A stretch of 64,000 nt of DNA, taken from an uncultured Planctomycetia bacterium. Lineage in GTDB: Bacteria; Omnitrophota; Gorgyraeia; CAYWPX01. Below the pieces are notes generated by a model that worked only from the letters and a program-made list of their open reading frames with translations, was not told where the DNA came from and searched no databases. The position numbers and the translations under genes were made by a program. Positions 20,178 to 28,998 of this stretch are shown piece by piece. Location of the stretch: the NCBI GenBank assembly GCA_964460615.1, contig CAYWPX010000001.1:49826-113825 (forward strand), read 5' to 3'. Within the stretch, counting starts at the first letter, position 1; every line of letters begins with the position of its first letter.

Positions 20178-20188
20178 AAGGAAAACAA

Positions 20189-21805
20189 ATGAATAAATCT
20201 GCTAAACTAAGGGAGTTATTTAGAAAAGGTAATATCGTAAAGGTCATGGGTTCGCACGATGCGCTTGGCGCAAAATTGGCGGAAAATAGCGGGTTTGACG
20301 CTGTATGGGCAAGCGGCCTTGAGATATCCACGAGCCACGGCGTTCCTGATGCCAATATCCTTACAATGACCGATTTTCTTGACGCGGCAATTTCGATGAA
20401 TGAGGCAGTATCCGTACCGGTGGTTGCCGATTGCGATACTGGTTTCGGAAATTCCAATAATGTAATACACATGGTAAAAAAATATGAAGCGGCGGGCATT
20501 GCGGCTGTCTGCATAGAAGATAAACATTTCCCTAAAGTAAATAGTTTTATTCCGGGCAGGCAGGAGCTTGCGCCTATATCGGAATTCGTAGGAAAGATCT
20601 TGGCCGCCAAGAATGCCCAGTCTACCAAGGATTTTATGGTAATAGCGCGGGTCGAAGCGCTTATAGCCGGCTGGGGAATGGAAGAAGCTCTTAAAAGAGC
20701 CAATGCCTATAGAGATGCCGGAGCCGATGCTATCCTTATACACAGTAAGGCAAAGGACCTTAAAGAGATAAAAGAATTTATTTCTAAATGGAAAAACCGG
20801 TTGCCTTTAGTTGTTGTCCCGACCACATATTATAAAGTCAGCGCTAAAGAGCTTGAATCGATCGGTATAAAGATGGTTATATATGCCAACCAGGGTATGC
20901 GTGCATCAATTAAGGCTATGAGCGATACATATTCCGAGATTATAAGATCCGGCTCGACTGCTTCTATTGAAGATAGTATTGCATCGATGAAAGAGGTTTT
21001 TGAACTCCAGGGAATGACCAAGATGAAGGAGAACGAACTTATTTATTCCGATACTGATACCGATAAAGTTACAGCAATAATTCCTTCCGCCGGAGACCAT
21101 CTTGAAGAATATTCTATGAAGGAGATCTCTAAGGATATACCTATTTCTATGATAGATATAAACGGTAAGCCGCTTCTCCAGAGGCAGCTTGAAGTATTGA
21201 ACCGCTCTAAGGTATATGATGTAAGGGTTGTTGCCGGATACAAGAAAGATAAGATCAACGTTGAGGGAGTAAAGATAGTTTCCAATGACCTCTACAAAAA
21301 AACAGGGATACTTTTTTCTATCATGAAGGCACTTGAAGAAGTGAATTCAAAGGTTTTTATCAGTTATGGCGATGTCATTTTTGACCACATTATTTTTAAC
21401 CGATTATCCGAAAGTCCCAAGGATATAACAATATTAGTAGATAAAACATATGAGGACAAAAATTACGGCCCGGAAAAAAAGATCGATTTTGCCAATGTAA
21501 AAGCCAACCATCCGGGCTCCCAGAGAGTTCTCAACTCTCATTCTATAAAGGTTGTTACAAAGATAAGCCGCAGCGGCGCTGCCTATGAATTCCCGGGTTT
21601 GACATTCCTTTCTTCCAAAGGAGTAAGCATAATAAAAGAGATTTATAAAAAGAATAAACATAGGCTTCTCAGTAGCGGGCTGGGGGATATACTAAATCTT
21701 GCCATAAAAAATGGTTATGAGGTCTCTGCGATAGAGGCTAATTCGGGTTGGATGGAGATACATTCTCTTGAAGATTATAAACTGGCGTGCAAATTAGTGA
21801 GATAA
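20189..21805 (+). CDS. pepM: phosphoenolpyruvate phosphomutase fused to a C-terminal nucleotidyltransferase (Fom1/PntC-like PepM-cytidylyltransferase)
   Basis: N-terminal VMGSHDALGAKLAE..GFDAVWASGLEISTSHGVPDAN and EDKHFPKVNSFIPGRQ match PEP mutase. The C-terminal about 250 aa (AIIPSAGDHLE...INGKPLLQRQLEVL) is a nucleotidyltransferase fold. Confidence 0.85.
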   Translation: MNKSAKLRELFRKGNIVKVMGSHDALGAKLAENSGFDAVWASGLEISTSHGVPDANILTMTDFLDAAISMNEAVSVPVVADCDTGFGNSNNVIHMVKKYEAAGIAAVCIEDKHFPKVNSFIPGRQELAPISEFVGKILAAKNAQSTKDFMVIARVEALIAGWGMEEALKRANAYRDAGADAILIHSKAKDLKEIKEFISKWKNRLPLVVVPTTYYKVSAKELESIGIKMVIYANQGMRASIKAMSDTYSEIIRSGSTASIEDSIASMKEVFELQGMTKMKENELIYSDTDTDKVTAIIPSAGDHLEEYSMKEISKDIPISMIDINGKPLLQRQLEVLNRSKVYDVRVVAGYKKDKINVEGVKIVSNDLYKKTGILFSIMKALEEVNSKVFISYGDVIFDHIIFNRLSESPKDITILVDKTYEDKNYGPEKKIDFANVKANHPGSQRVLNSHSIKVVTKISRSGAAYEFPGLTFLSSKGVSIIKEIYKKNKHRLLSSGLGDILNLAIKNGYEVSAIEANSGWMEIHSLEDYKLACKLVR

Positions 21806-22299
21806 ATATTATGATAGACACAAAATTATTTTTAAAAAAACTTAAAAAAACAGGTTATACTTTTTTTGCAGGCGTGCCCTGTTCCATATTAAAGAATCTC
21901 CTTAAAGAGATTGAGAATGATCCGGAAATTTCATATATCCCAGCTGTGCGCGAAAACGCAGCGCTTGGGGTAGCAAGCGGAGCATATCTAACCGGCAAGA
22001 AACCTTGCGTACTTATGCAGAATTCCGGCCTGGGTAATATTGTGAACGCTATAACATCTTTTAATCATATTTATAAGATCCCGTCGCTAGTGATTATGAC
22101 CTGGAGAGGGTTTGAGGGCAAGGATGCGCCGGAACATATTATCATGGGTAAAATCATGACTGAATTATTGGACGAACTTAAGATGCCTTATAAGGTAATA
22201 GGTGAAAACTTTGATATGGATATAGAGTGGGCGGATGGAATCATCAGTAAGACTTCATTGCCTGCAGTATTGATACTTAAGGATGGGCTATTAAAATGA
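21787..22299 (+). CDS. phosphonopyruvate decarboxylase, alpha (N-terminal TPP-enzyme) subunit
   Basis: 170 aa, FFAGVPCSILKNL. It lies immediately downstream of pepM and is coupled to the beta subunit (ATGA overlap). Confidence 0.75.
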   Translation: MQISEINIMIDTKLFLKKLKKTGYTFFAGVPCSILKNLLKEIENDPEISYIPAVRENAALGVASGAYLTGKKPCVLMQNSGLGNIVNAITSFNHIYKIPSLVIMTWRGFEGKDAPEHIIMGKIMTELLDELKMPYKVIGENFDMDIEWADGIISKTSLPAVLILKDGLLK

Positions 22300-22859
22300 A
22301 AACAAACGACGCCTTAAAAATATTTTTTGATAAATTAGAGGATAATGATGTAGCATTGTTCACGACGGGGTTTACTTCAAGGTTTGCTTTTAATGTCAAG
22401 GAGCGTCCGGCAAACTTTTATATGATAGGCTCGATGGGGCTATTATCTTCGGTCGGACTTGGGATAGCCTTAAATTCAAAAAAGAGGGTGTTTATCTTTG
22501 AAGGCGACGGAAGTCTTTTGATGGACATGGGTACAATGGCAATGATAGCAAAACATAAACCTCAAAATCTTTTTCATATAGTTTTGGATAATAAGTCCTA
22601 TGAATCTACCGGAGGTCAAAAGACCATAAGTAGCGATATCGATTTTTCCAAAGTTGCCGAAAATCTTGGATACAATGAAGTATATAAAATCTATAATTCA
22701 AAGGACCTGGAAAATGAGATCTCTGATATCGTCGATTCAACTGGGCCGGTATTTATTCATCTGGAGATAAAAAATGATCCGGATTCTCATGTGGGAAGAG
22801 TTTCGATAGACCCGGATAAGCTTACAGAAAGATTAAAAAAGGAATTGAAGGCAAAATAA
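22296..22859 (+). CDS. phosphonopyruvate decarboxylase, beta (TPP-binding) subunit
   Basis: GSMGLLSSVGLGIALNSKKRVFIFEGDGSLLMDMG is the GDG-x-N TPP-binding motif. 187 aa. Confidence 0.75.
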   Translation: MKTNDALKIFFDKLEDNDVALFTTGFTSRFAFNVKERPANFYMIGSMGLLSSVGLGIALNSKKRVFIFEGDGSLLMDMGTMAMIAKHKPQNLFHIVLDNKSYESTGGQKTISSDIDFSKVAENLGYNEVYKIYNSKDLENEISDIVDSTGPVFIHLEIKNDPDSHVGRVSIDPDKLTERLKKELKAK

Positions 22860-22860
22860 T

Positions 22861-24327
22861 ATGATAAGAAAAATTCTGCTTATTAATCCTCCGAATACAA
22901 TGCCCGCTGACAGTGTGAGGCGAATCGGAGAGCCGCTGGGGCTTTTGTACCTTGGAGCTGTACTAAAAAATAACTGTTTTGAAGTCGAAGTATTTGATAT
23001 GGCCTGTCTAGGCTATGATAATTGCGAAACTCTGGACGGTTATGTGACATACGGTTCAACTGACGATGAACTTAAGGAAAGGATAATGTCCTCAAAGCCG
23101 GATGTTATCGGGGTAAGCTGCATGTTTACCGCCAGAGAGAAAAATACCTTCAGGGTCTGTAGTGTCGTAAGAAGTGTCGATAAATCTATTCCGATCATTG
23201 TGGGCGGGTTGCATCCAAGCCTTTTTCCTGAAAGGTTCATTGACGGCGGATATGCGGATTTTGTCATAACAGGCGAAGGTGAGGAGCGAATAGTAAAACT
23301 TGTAAATTGCATAAAAGAAGGCAAGCTCCCTGATTTTGACGGGGTCGCTTTTAAAGATAAAGATATATTCAGGCTTAACCCGATGATTATGAGGATCGAG
23401 GATCTTGATTCTATTCCATATCCGGATAGAAGCCTGGTAGATATGGAACGCTATATTAAGATAGGAGCTCCATATGCCCCGTTTTCGTATTGCCAGAGAG
23501 TTGCCCAGATACTTGCAACACGCGGTTGTCCAAACAGGTGCAATTTTTGTTCTACAGTGAGCTACTGGGGCAGAAAGATAAGGGCCAGGTCTGTAGATAA
23601 TATTATCGGCGAAATGAGGATACTCAAAGACCAGTACAATATAGAAGAGGTCCAGTTCGTCGATGACAATATGACCTTTAATAGAAAATTTGCTGAAGAA
23701 CTTTTTTTGAAGATGAAACAGTTTGATTTTAAGTGGTGTACGCCCCATGGGCTTATGTTTAATACCCTGGATAAGAACCTTATAAAGATAATGGCCGAAA
23801 GCGGCGCTTACCAGCTTACATTTGCCATAGAGAGTGGCTCAGAGAGGGTGCTCAGGGATATTATCCATAAAAATGTAAACCTTAAGATGGTTCGTGATAT
23901 TGTCGCTGAGGCCCACAAATATGATATAAGCGTCCACGGAATGTTTGTAATGGGTTTCCCGGGAGAGAAAAAAGAAGAGATACAGAAATCTCTTGAGTTT
24001 CCGTTCTGGGCTGAGTTTGACAGTGTCTCTTTTTTTATAGTGAACCCGCTTCCAGGATCAGAGCTTTATGAAGTATGTAAAAATAAGAATTATATAATCG
24101 AAAACTACAGCGCTATGGATTTCAAATCGGTAAATATCAATATCCCGAAGGATTCTCTAGATTACAACATGGATCCCGACGAACTACTGAAGCTTGTTGA
24201 TGAAAAGACCCATGAATTTAACGAGTGGGCAAAGCAAAAATTTCCAGAGAGGTGGAAAAGAAAGTTCGACAGGTATCTGCAAAACCATCCTAAAGACAAT
24301 AAGATAATAATGGGGAGGGTTACTTAA
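22861..24327 (+). CDS. cobalamin-binding radical SAM protein, class B, paralog 3 (Fom3-like genomic context)
   Basis: B12-domain (KILLINPP...LGLLYLGAVL), then GCPNRCNFC. 488 aa. It sits between ppd and the AEP transaminase. Confidence 0.8.
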   Translation: MIRKILLINPPNTMPADSVRRIGEPLGLLYLGAVLKNNCFEVEVFDMACLGYDNCETLDGYVTYGSTDDELKERIMSSKPDVIGVSCMFTAREKNTFRVCSVVRSVDKSIPIIVGGLHPSLFPERFIDGGYADFVITGEGEERIVKLVNCIKEGKLPDFDGVAFKDKDIFRLNPMIMRIEDLDSIPYPDRSLVDMERYIKIGAPYAPFSYCQRVAQILATRGCPNRCNFCSTVSYWGRKIRARSVDNIIGEMRILKDQYNIEEVQFVDDNMTFNRKFAEELFLKMKQFDFKWCTPHGLMFNTLDKNLIKIMAESGAYQLTFAIESGSERVLRDIIHKNVNLKMVRDIVAEAHKYDISVHGMFVMGFPGEKKEEIQKSLEFPFWAEFDSVSFFIVNPLPGSELYEVCKNKNYIIENYSAMDFKSVNINIPKDSLDYNMDPDELLKLVDEKTHEFNEWAKQKFPERWKRKFDRYLQNHPKDNKIIMGRVT

Positions 24328-24328
24328 A

Positions 24329-25393
24329 ATGATTATTTTTTCTCCGGGTCCTGCGAATATATCAAGCCGCGTTCGAAGATCTCTTTTGAAGCCGGATATC
24401 TGCCACAGGGATACGGAGTTCACTGATATTTTTTCCAATACCAGATCCCTCATTAAAGAGATTTTTTGTCTCAAGGGTTCTTATGAAGTTGTTTTTTTCG
24501 GAGGGTCCGGGACTGCGGCGATAGACAGTGTGATAAGCTCATTCGGCGGATATAAAAAGAAACTACTTATAATCTCCAACGGTATCTACGGCGAGAGGGC
24601 TTCGAGCATCGCAAGGATTTATAATATTGATTTTGACGAGATAAATTTCGGATGGGGCAACCAAATAGATCTTATTCAGATAGAGGATGCTTTAAGGAGC
24701 AGGAAATTCGGGGCGCTGTATTTTGTGCATCATGAAACTACAACAGGAATTCTGAACCCGCTTAAGGAGATCAGTAAACTGGCCAAAAAATACGATAACC
24801 TGGTGCTGGTAGACGCTGTAAGCAGTTTAGCCGGCGAAGAGTTTGACATCGAAGAGCTGAAGCTTGATGCCGTAATAGCCTCAAGCAATAAATGCATAAG
24901 GGCGATCCCCGGCATATCTTTTGTTATAGCTAGTAACGAGTTTATTAATAATGCCGGTTTTTGTAAGAGCGGATCTTTTTATACATCTTTTAAAGGACAT
25001 TTTGATATGGAGCTAAAAGGCCAGACGCCTTTTACGCCACCCGTGCAGACGTTTTATGCCTTGGAAGAGGCCCTTAAGGAGTTGAAGCAAGAGACGCTTT
25101 CAAAAAGGATCAAAGGCTTTTCTGAAATTACAAATCTTTTAAGAAACGGCCTCGAGAAGCTTGGGATAGAGTATCTGATCCCGAGGGCTTTAATGTCAAA
25201 TACCATGACAGTGATAAAGACCCCGAAGGGGAAGACTTACGAAGATCTGCACAGAGAGTTCAAAAAACATGGTTTTGTAATTTATTCTTCGCAGGGAAAA
25301 CTCGCTGGTCATACTTTCAGGCTCGGGACCGTAGGATTGATTTCAAAGAAGGATATCAAAGGATTTTTATCGGTATTTAAGGGGTTATTATGA
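24329..25393 (+). CDS. phnW: 2-aminoethylphosphonate--pyruvate aminotransferase-like class V aminotransferase
   Basis: IIFSPGPANISSRVRRSLLKPDICHRDTEF is the typical PhnW/AGXT-family N-terminus. 354 aa. It lies in a pepM-ppd context. Confidence 0.7.
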   Translation: MIIFSPGPANISSRVRRSLLKPDICHRDTEFTDIFSNTRSLIKEIFCLKGSYEVVFFGGSGTAAIDSVISSFGGYKKKLLIISNGIYGERASSIARIYNIDFDEINFGWGNQIDLIQIEDALRSRKFGALYFVHHETTTGILNPLKEISKLAKKYDNLVLVDAVSSLAGEEFDIEELKLDAVIASSNKCIRAIPGISFVIASNEFINNAGFCKSGSFYTSFKGHFDMELKGQTPFTPPVQTFYALEEALKELKQETLSKRIKGFSEITNLLRNGLEKLGIEYLIPRALMSNTMTVIKTPKGKTYEDLHREFKKHGFVIYSSQGKLAGHTFRLGTVGLISKKDIKGFLSVFKGLL

Positions 25394-26097
25394 GGGCAAT
25401 AATACTTGCCGCTGGCGTAGGAAAACGCCTTTCAAAATTTACACATAAGCCAAAATCTCTTTTAAAGATAAATAACGAAACCCTGATAACAAGGATCATA
25501 AGGCTTCTGAATGAGCATGATATCAGGGATATTGTTGTAGTTACCGGGTTTAAACAGGGGCTATTAAAAAGCGAGATAAGTAAATGCGGAAGGAAAGTCA
25601 AATTTATTCATAATAGCCTTTTTAAAAAAGGGAGCATAATATCTCTTTGGAAGGCCGCCGGTTATTTTAATAAAGATATCCTGATAATGGATGCAGATCT
25701 ATTTTTTGAGAGAGCGCTCATTAAAAAAGTTGTAGATTCGGAAAAGAAAGATTTCTTTCTTATTGATTCATCGAATAAGGTGGATAATGAAGCTGTTATA
25801 GTAGGTTTTAAGAGATCAAGAGCGGTTAAGCTTGAAAGAGGCCTTAAGGGTAAATACTCTCCGATAGGCGAATGGGCTGGTTTTCTAAAATTAAGCAGAA
25901 ATAGCGCCAAATATTTAAAAAAAATATTGGGAGATCTTATTAATAACGGCGATGAAGATTCCGGGTATGAATTTATTATACCAAGGCTTTTTAATAAAGT
26001 TAATATTTCCTATGAATTGATAGACGGATTAAAGTGGGTAGAGATCGATTTTCCAAAAGATGTGGTAAAAGCAAAGGGTTTAAGGATTATTGAATAA
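25390..26097 (+). CDS. LicC-like nucleotidyltransferase (CTP:phospho-alcohol/phosphonate cytidylyltransferase)
   Basis: MRAIILAAGVGKRL...KPKSLLKINNETLI. 235 aa. It is adjacent to a CDP-alcohol phosphotransferase. Confidence 0.6.
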   Translation: MRAIILAAGVGKRLSKFTHKPKSLLKINNETLITRIIRLLNEHDIRDIVVVTGFKQGLLKSEISKCGRKVKFIHNSLFKKGSIISLWKAAGYFNKDILIMDADLFFERALIKKVVDSEKKDFFLIDSSNKVDNEAVIVGFKRSRAVKLERGLKGKYSPIGEWAGFLKLSRNSAKYLKKILGDLINNGDEDSGYEFIIPRLFNKVNISYELIDGLKWVEIDFPKDVVKAKGLRIIE

Positions 26098-26926
26098 AGG
26101 AGGCAAAGTGAGCTTTTCTGAAGTAAGAAATGAAGTTTATGGCTATCACAGAAAGTACTATTCCTATATATTCAACTGGCCATGGTATTCATACAGAAGG
26201 TACAAGGCCATTTTTTATCTCGAAGTTGCGAGTGTAATGGTTTTTTTCTCCCTAAAGACAAAAATCACTCCCAATCAGCTGACTTTGTCGTATGTGCTTT
26301 TGAGTTTTATTGCCGGGTTATTGTTATCAATACCATGCAGGATAGCGGTAATTCTGGCTGTAATATTATTTTTCGTAAAACCCGCTATTGACTGGGCTGA
26401 TGGCGCTCTTGCCAGGATCAAAAAAACAACATCTATTACGGGGGATATCCTTGACAATTATGCCGCGGCATTAAGCTGGGTAATATTATGGGTTTCGATA
26501 GGGTTTTATTTGGGGAATTCGTTTAACAATATCTTCTATGTAATAACTGTTTTTATACCGATGATCTTTGCTATTGATATATATCCAAATATGAGAGAAA
26601 GGTTCATATATAGCTACTTTAATAAAAAAGAATACAGGATCATAGATAATAAGTCTTTTTCCGAAGGCGGTCCTCTCGGTAGATCGCGTATAGAGATCAT
26701 TAAATCGTTTGTCGACGGTATCTTTGAGCATAACGCGAGAACCGTTGATCTTATTTTAGCGATGATCGTTTTAGAGCTATTTACTCCTGTAAAGATATTA
26801 TGGGTATACTACTTATCTTTTTTAGTTTGGCAGATAACGACATATATAATCAGGCTATATTTATTTTCATTCAGGAAAAAAGCCGAAGCGGAGTTTGAAA
26901 ATCTGAAAAGAAACCTTTATGAATAA
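26090..26926 (+). CDS. CDP-alcohol phosphatidyltransferase-family membrane protein (head-group transferase)
   Basis: DWADGALARIKKTTSITGDILD matches the D-x2-DG-x2-AR-x8-G-x3-D signature. Multiple TM segments. 278 aa. Confidence 0.55.
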   Translation: MNKGGKVSFSEVRNEVYGYHRKYYSYIFNWPWYSYRRYKAIFYLEVASVMVFFSLKTKITPNQLTLSYVLLSFIAGLLLSIPCRIAVILAVILFFVKPAIDWADGALARIKKTTSITGDILDNYAAALSWVILWVSIGFYLGNSFNNIFYVITVFIPMIFAIDIYPNMRERFIYSYFNKKEYRIIDNKSFSEGGPLGRSRIEIIKSFVDGIFEHNARTVDLILAMIVLELFTPVKILWVYYLSFLVWQITTYIIRLYLFSFRKKAEAEFENLKRNLYE

Positions 26927-28007
26927 AATACGAGAAAATACTTATTCATGCGTCTATTGTTATAATAAACTTCGATTTGATGGCAAAGTTTTTATCTGCA
27001 ATAATTGTTCCAAAAAGTTCGAATTAAGAAACGGTATTCCCATACTTACCAGAATGGAGCGCTATTGGTGCAATTTTTCAAAAGACCTTATGAAAAAACT
27101 AAATATTGACGCTCACTCAAATGGCTGGAAGGATGCGATCAAAAAAAATATCAGCGGTAATGTTCTGGATCATATCTCGGCAAGGAACAGGGTAGATTTC
27201 AGGTTTGTGCTCCCCGATCTTAAGGATAAGTTGGTTCTTGATGTCGGTTCCATGTGGGGAGGCATTTCGGTGCCTATCTCTGATTATGCAAAAGAGGTGT
27301 ACTCGGTCGATACGACTTTTGAGACTTTGGAATTATTAAAGATCAGGGCTGAACAGGAAAATGTCAATAACCTGAATATAGCGCTTTCCTCCGCCCGGAA
27401 TCTCCCGTTCAGCGATAACTATTTTGATGTGGTTCTTTTAATAGGAGTTCTTGAGTGGCTTGGAGCGGATTATGATTTTGTAGCAAGCGAGCATTACGGG
27501 AAGCGCTCTAAAGACAGGGCAGTTGCAATAAAAAAACCCACTGAGCTTCAGCTAGAAGCCTTAAGCGAGATACAGAGGGTGCTTAAACCGGGCGGCAAGG
27601 TGCTGATCGCCATAGAAAACAGATATTTTTACAAATATTTCTTCGGTTATCCGGATCCTCATACGGCTGTGCCTTTTTCGTCCATTCTTCCCAGATTTTT
27701 GGCAAATAAGTATATGAATTTATTCAAGAACAAGAACTATCAGGAATATACCTATTCAATTTTTGGTTATAAAAAGCTTTTGAAGAAATCGAATTTCAAA
27801 AAATTCGATTTTTATGCCTCATCGCCGTCTTACAGGGAGCCGGAAGTCATACTGCCTCTTAATAACCCAAGATATATCAGATATTTCTATGAAAATTTCG
27901 GGCTAAGGGACCTGAAAGGCATAAAAAAATTCATTCCTTGGATTTTAATTAAACTTAATCTGATGAAATATCTGGTTCACAGCTACTTAATTGTCGCGGA
28001 GAAGTAA
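26919..28007 (+). CDS. class I SAM-dependent methyltransferase with N-terminal Cys4 zinc-ribbon (Trm112-like)
   Basis: CVYCYNKL...CNNCSKKF, then LVLDVGSMWGG (motif I) and VVLLIGVLEWL (motif II/III region). 362 aa. Confidence 0.65.
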   Translation: MNKIRENTYSCVYCYNKLRFDGKVFICNNCSKKFELRNGIPILTRMERYWCNFSKDLMKKLNIDAHSNGWKDAIKKNISGNVLDHISARNRVDFRFVLPDLKDKLVLDVGSMWGGISVPISDYAKEVYSVDTTFETLELLKIRAEQENVNNLNIALSSARNLPFSDNYFDVVLLIGVLEWLGADYDFVASEHYGKRSKDRAVAIKKPTELQLEALSEIQRVLKPGGKVLIAIENRYFYKYFFGYPDPHTAVPFSSILPRFLANKYMNLFKNKNYQEYTYSIFGYKKLLKKSNFKKFDFYASSPSYREPEVILPLNNPRYIRYFYENFGLRDLKGIKKFIPWILIKLNLMKYLVHSYLIVAEK

Positions 28008-28998
28008 AATGATAAATCTATTGGAAGATTATATATTAAATAACTGGGAATGCTTTGAGAAAAATCAGAAAAAACCCGGCCTTGTGAGTTTTATTAAATT
28101 AAACGGCCAAAGATCCGATAATGCCGCTTTGAATTTTGCCTTGTTTGTGGATGATGATGATGCTCCGAAATATTTTATTAAGGTAAATAGGCTTACTAAT
28201 GACTTCAGGCAGATAAAAAATGAGTTTGATAATCTGATTAATGTTGAAAGGACCATACCCCCAAGGCTTAAGGATTCTTTTCCGAAGCCGATCTATTTCG
28301 GGGATATGGAAAAGTCGACAAAGGTCATGATCGAGAGTTTTGTCAGCGGTAAAAAAATATACTTAGGCGATATTGCAAAACTGGAGATATTGCTTAAAAA
28401 AAGCTTTGAATGGCTAAAAGAATTTTATTCTGCCACAAAGCGGGATAAAACTTTGACATTTGACCTATCGGGCATAAAGAAAAGATATTATGAATTAAGA
28501 TCCGGATCAGTTTCAAAAGAGCTTGATCCTAAATTTGAAAAAGTAATGAAGGAATTCAGCAACATTGATAAAAGATCAGTTAATATCTCTGCTTCGCAGG
28601 GTGATTTTGATTTTGATAATATTGTTTTTGATAACGGTTCTCCCAAAATCCTGGACTGGGAAGACTTTAAATCGGATAGCCATCCATTTCTGGATGCAGA
28701 ATTCATGATCTTTAATACTGCGCTATATTTCTACAGGAATGTAGAGCATATCGAAAGTTTTAAAAAATTCTTTTCGGTCAATTCAAACACCAGGGTTATT
28801 GCCGAGTCGTATTTGACGGATTATTGCAAATTTCTTGGTGTGAATATTGGGCTTTTCCTTGTTGCGGCTATAAACGATACGTTGGATTTCCTAGACAAAG
28901 GTTACGGAAATCATTTAAAGGTTCCGATGCAGTCCTGGGATTTTTTTGAGTGCCTGTTGGATCTTGCTTTAGAAATGAGGGCTGATGGTCCAAAATAA
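27991..28998 (+). CDS. protein-kinase-like fold phosphotransferase (APH/choline-kinase family-like), catalytic-loop His replaced by Gln
   Basis: QGDFDFDNIVF matches the xGDxxxxN Brenner-type motif, and ILDWEDF resembles the IDxE motif. Weak overall. 335 aa. Confidence 0.4.
   Translation: MSRRSKMINLLEDYILNNWECFEKNQKKPGLVSFIKLNGQRSDNAALNFALFVDDDDAPKYFIKVNRLTNDFRQIKNEFDNLINVERTIPPRLKDSFPKPIYFGDMEKSTKVMIESFVSGKKIYLGDIAKLEILLKKSFEWLKEFYSATKRDKTLTFDLSGIKKRYYELRSGSVSKELDPKFEKVMKEFSNIDKRSVNISASQGDFDFDNIVFDNGSPKILDWEDFKSDSHPFLDAEFMIFNTALYFYRNVEHIESFKKFFSVNSNTRVIAESYLTDYCKFLGVNIGLFLVAAINDTLDFLDKGYGNHLKVPMQSWDFFECLLDLALEMRADGPK

Noticed and set aside
20164-20743. Minus-strand ORFs of 179 and 175 aa overlapping the pepM fusion gene
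   Set aside because: They lie entirely antisense to a strongly supported, motif-rich + strand CDS and have low-complexity translations with no recognisable motif. They are typical spurious antisense ORFs in AT-rich DNA.
23092-23748. 218-aa minus-strand ORF
   Set aside because: It is antisense to B12 radical SAM paralog 3 and is a mirror-frame artefact. The + strand gene carries the diagnostic CxxxCxxC.
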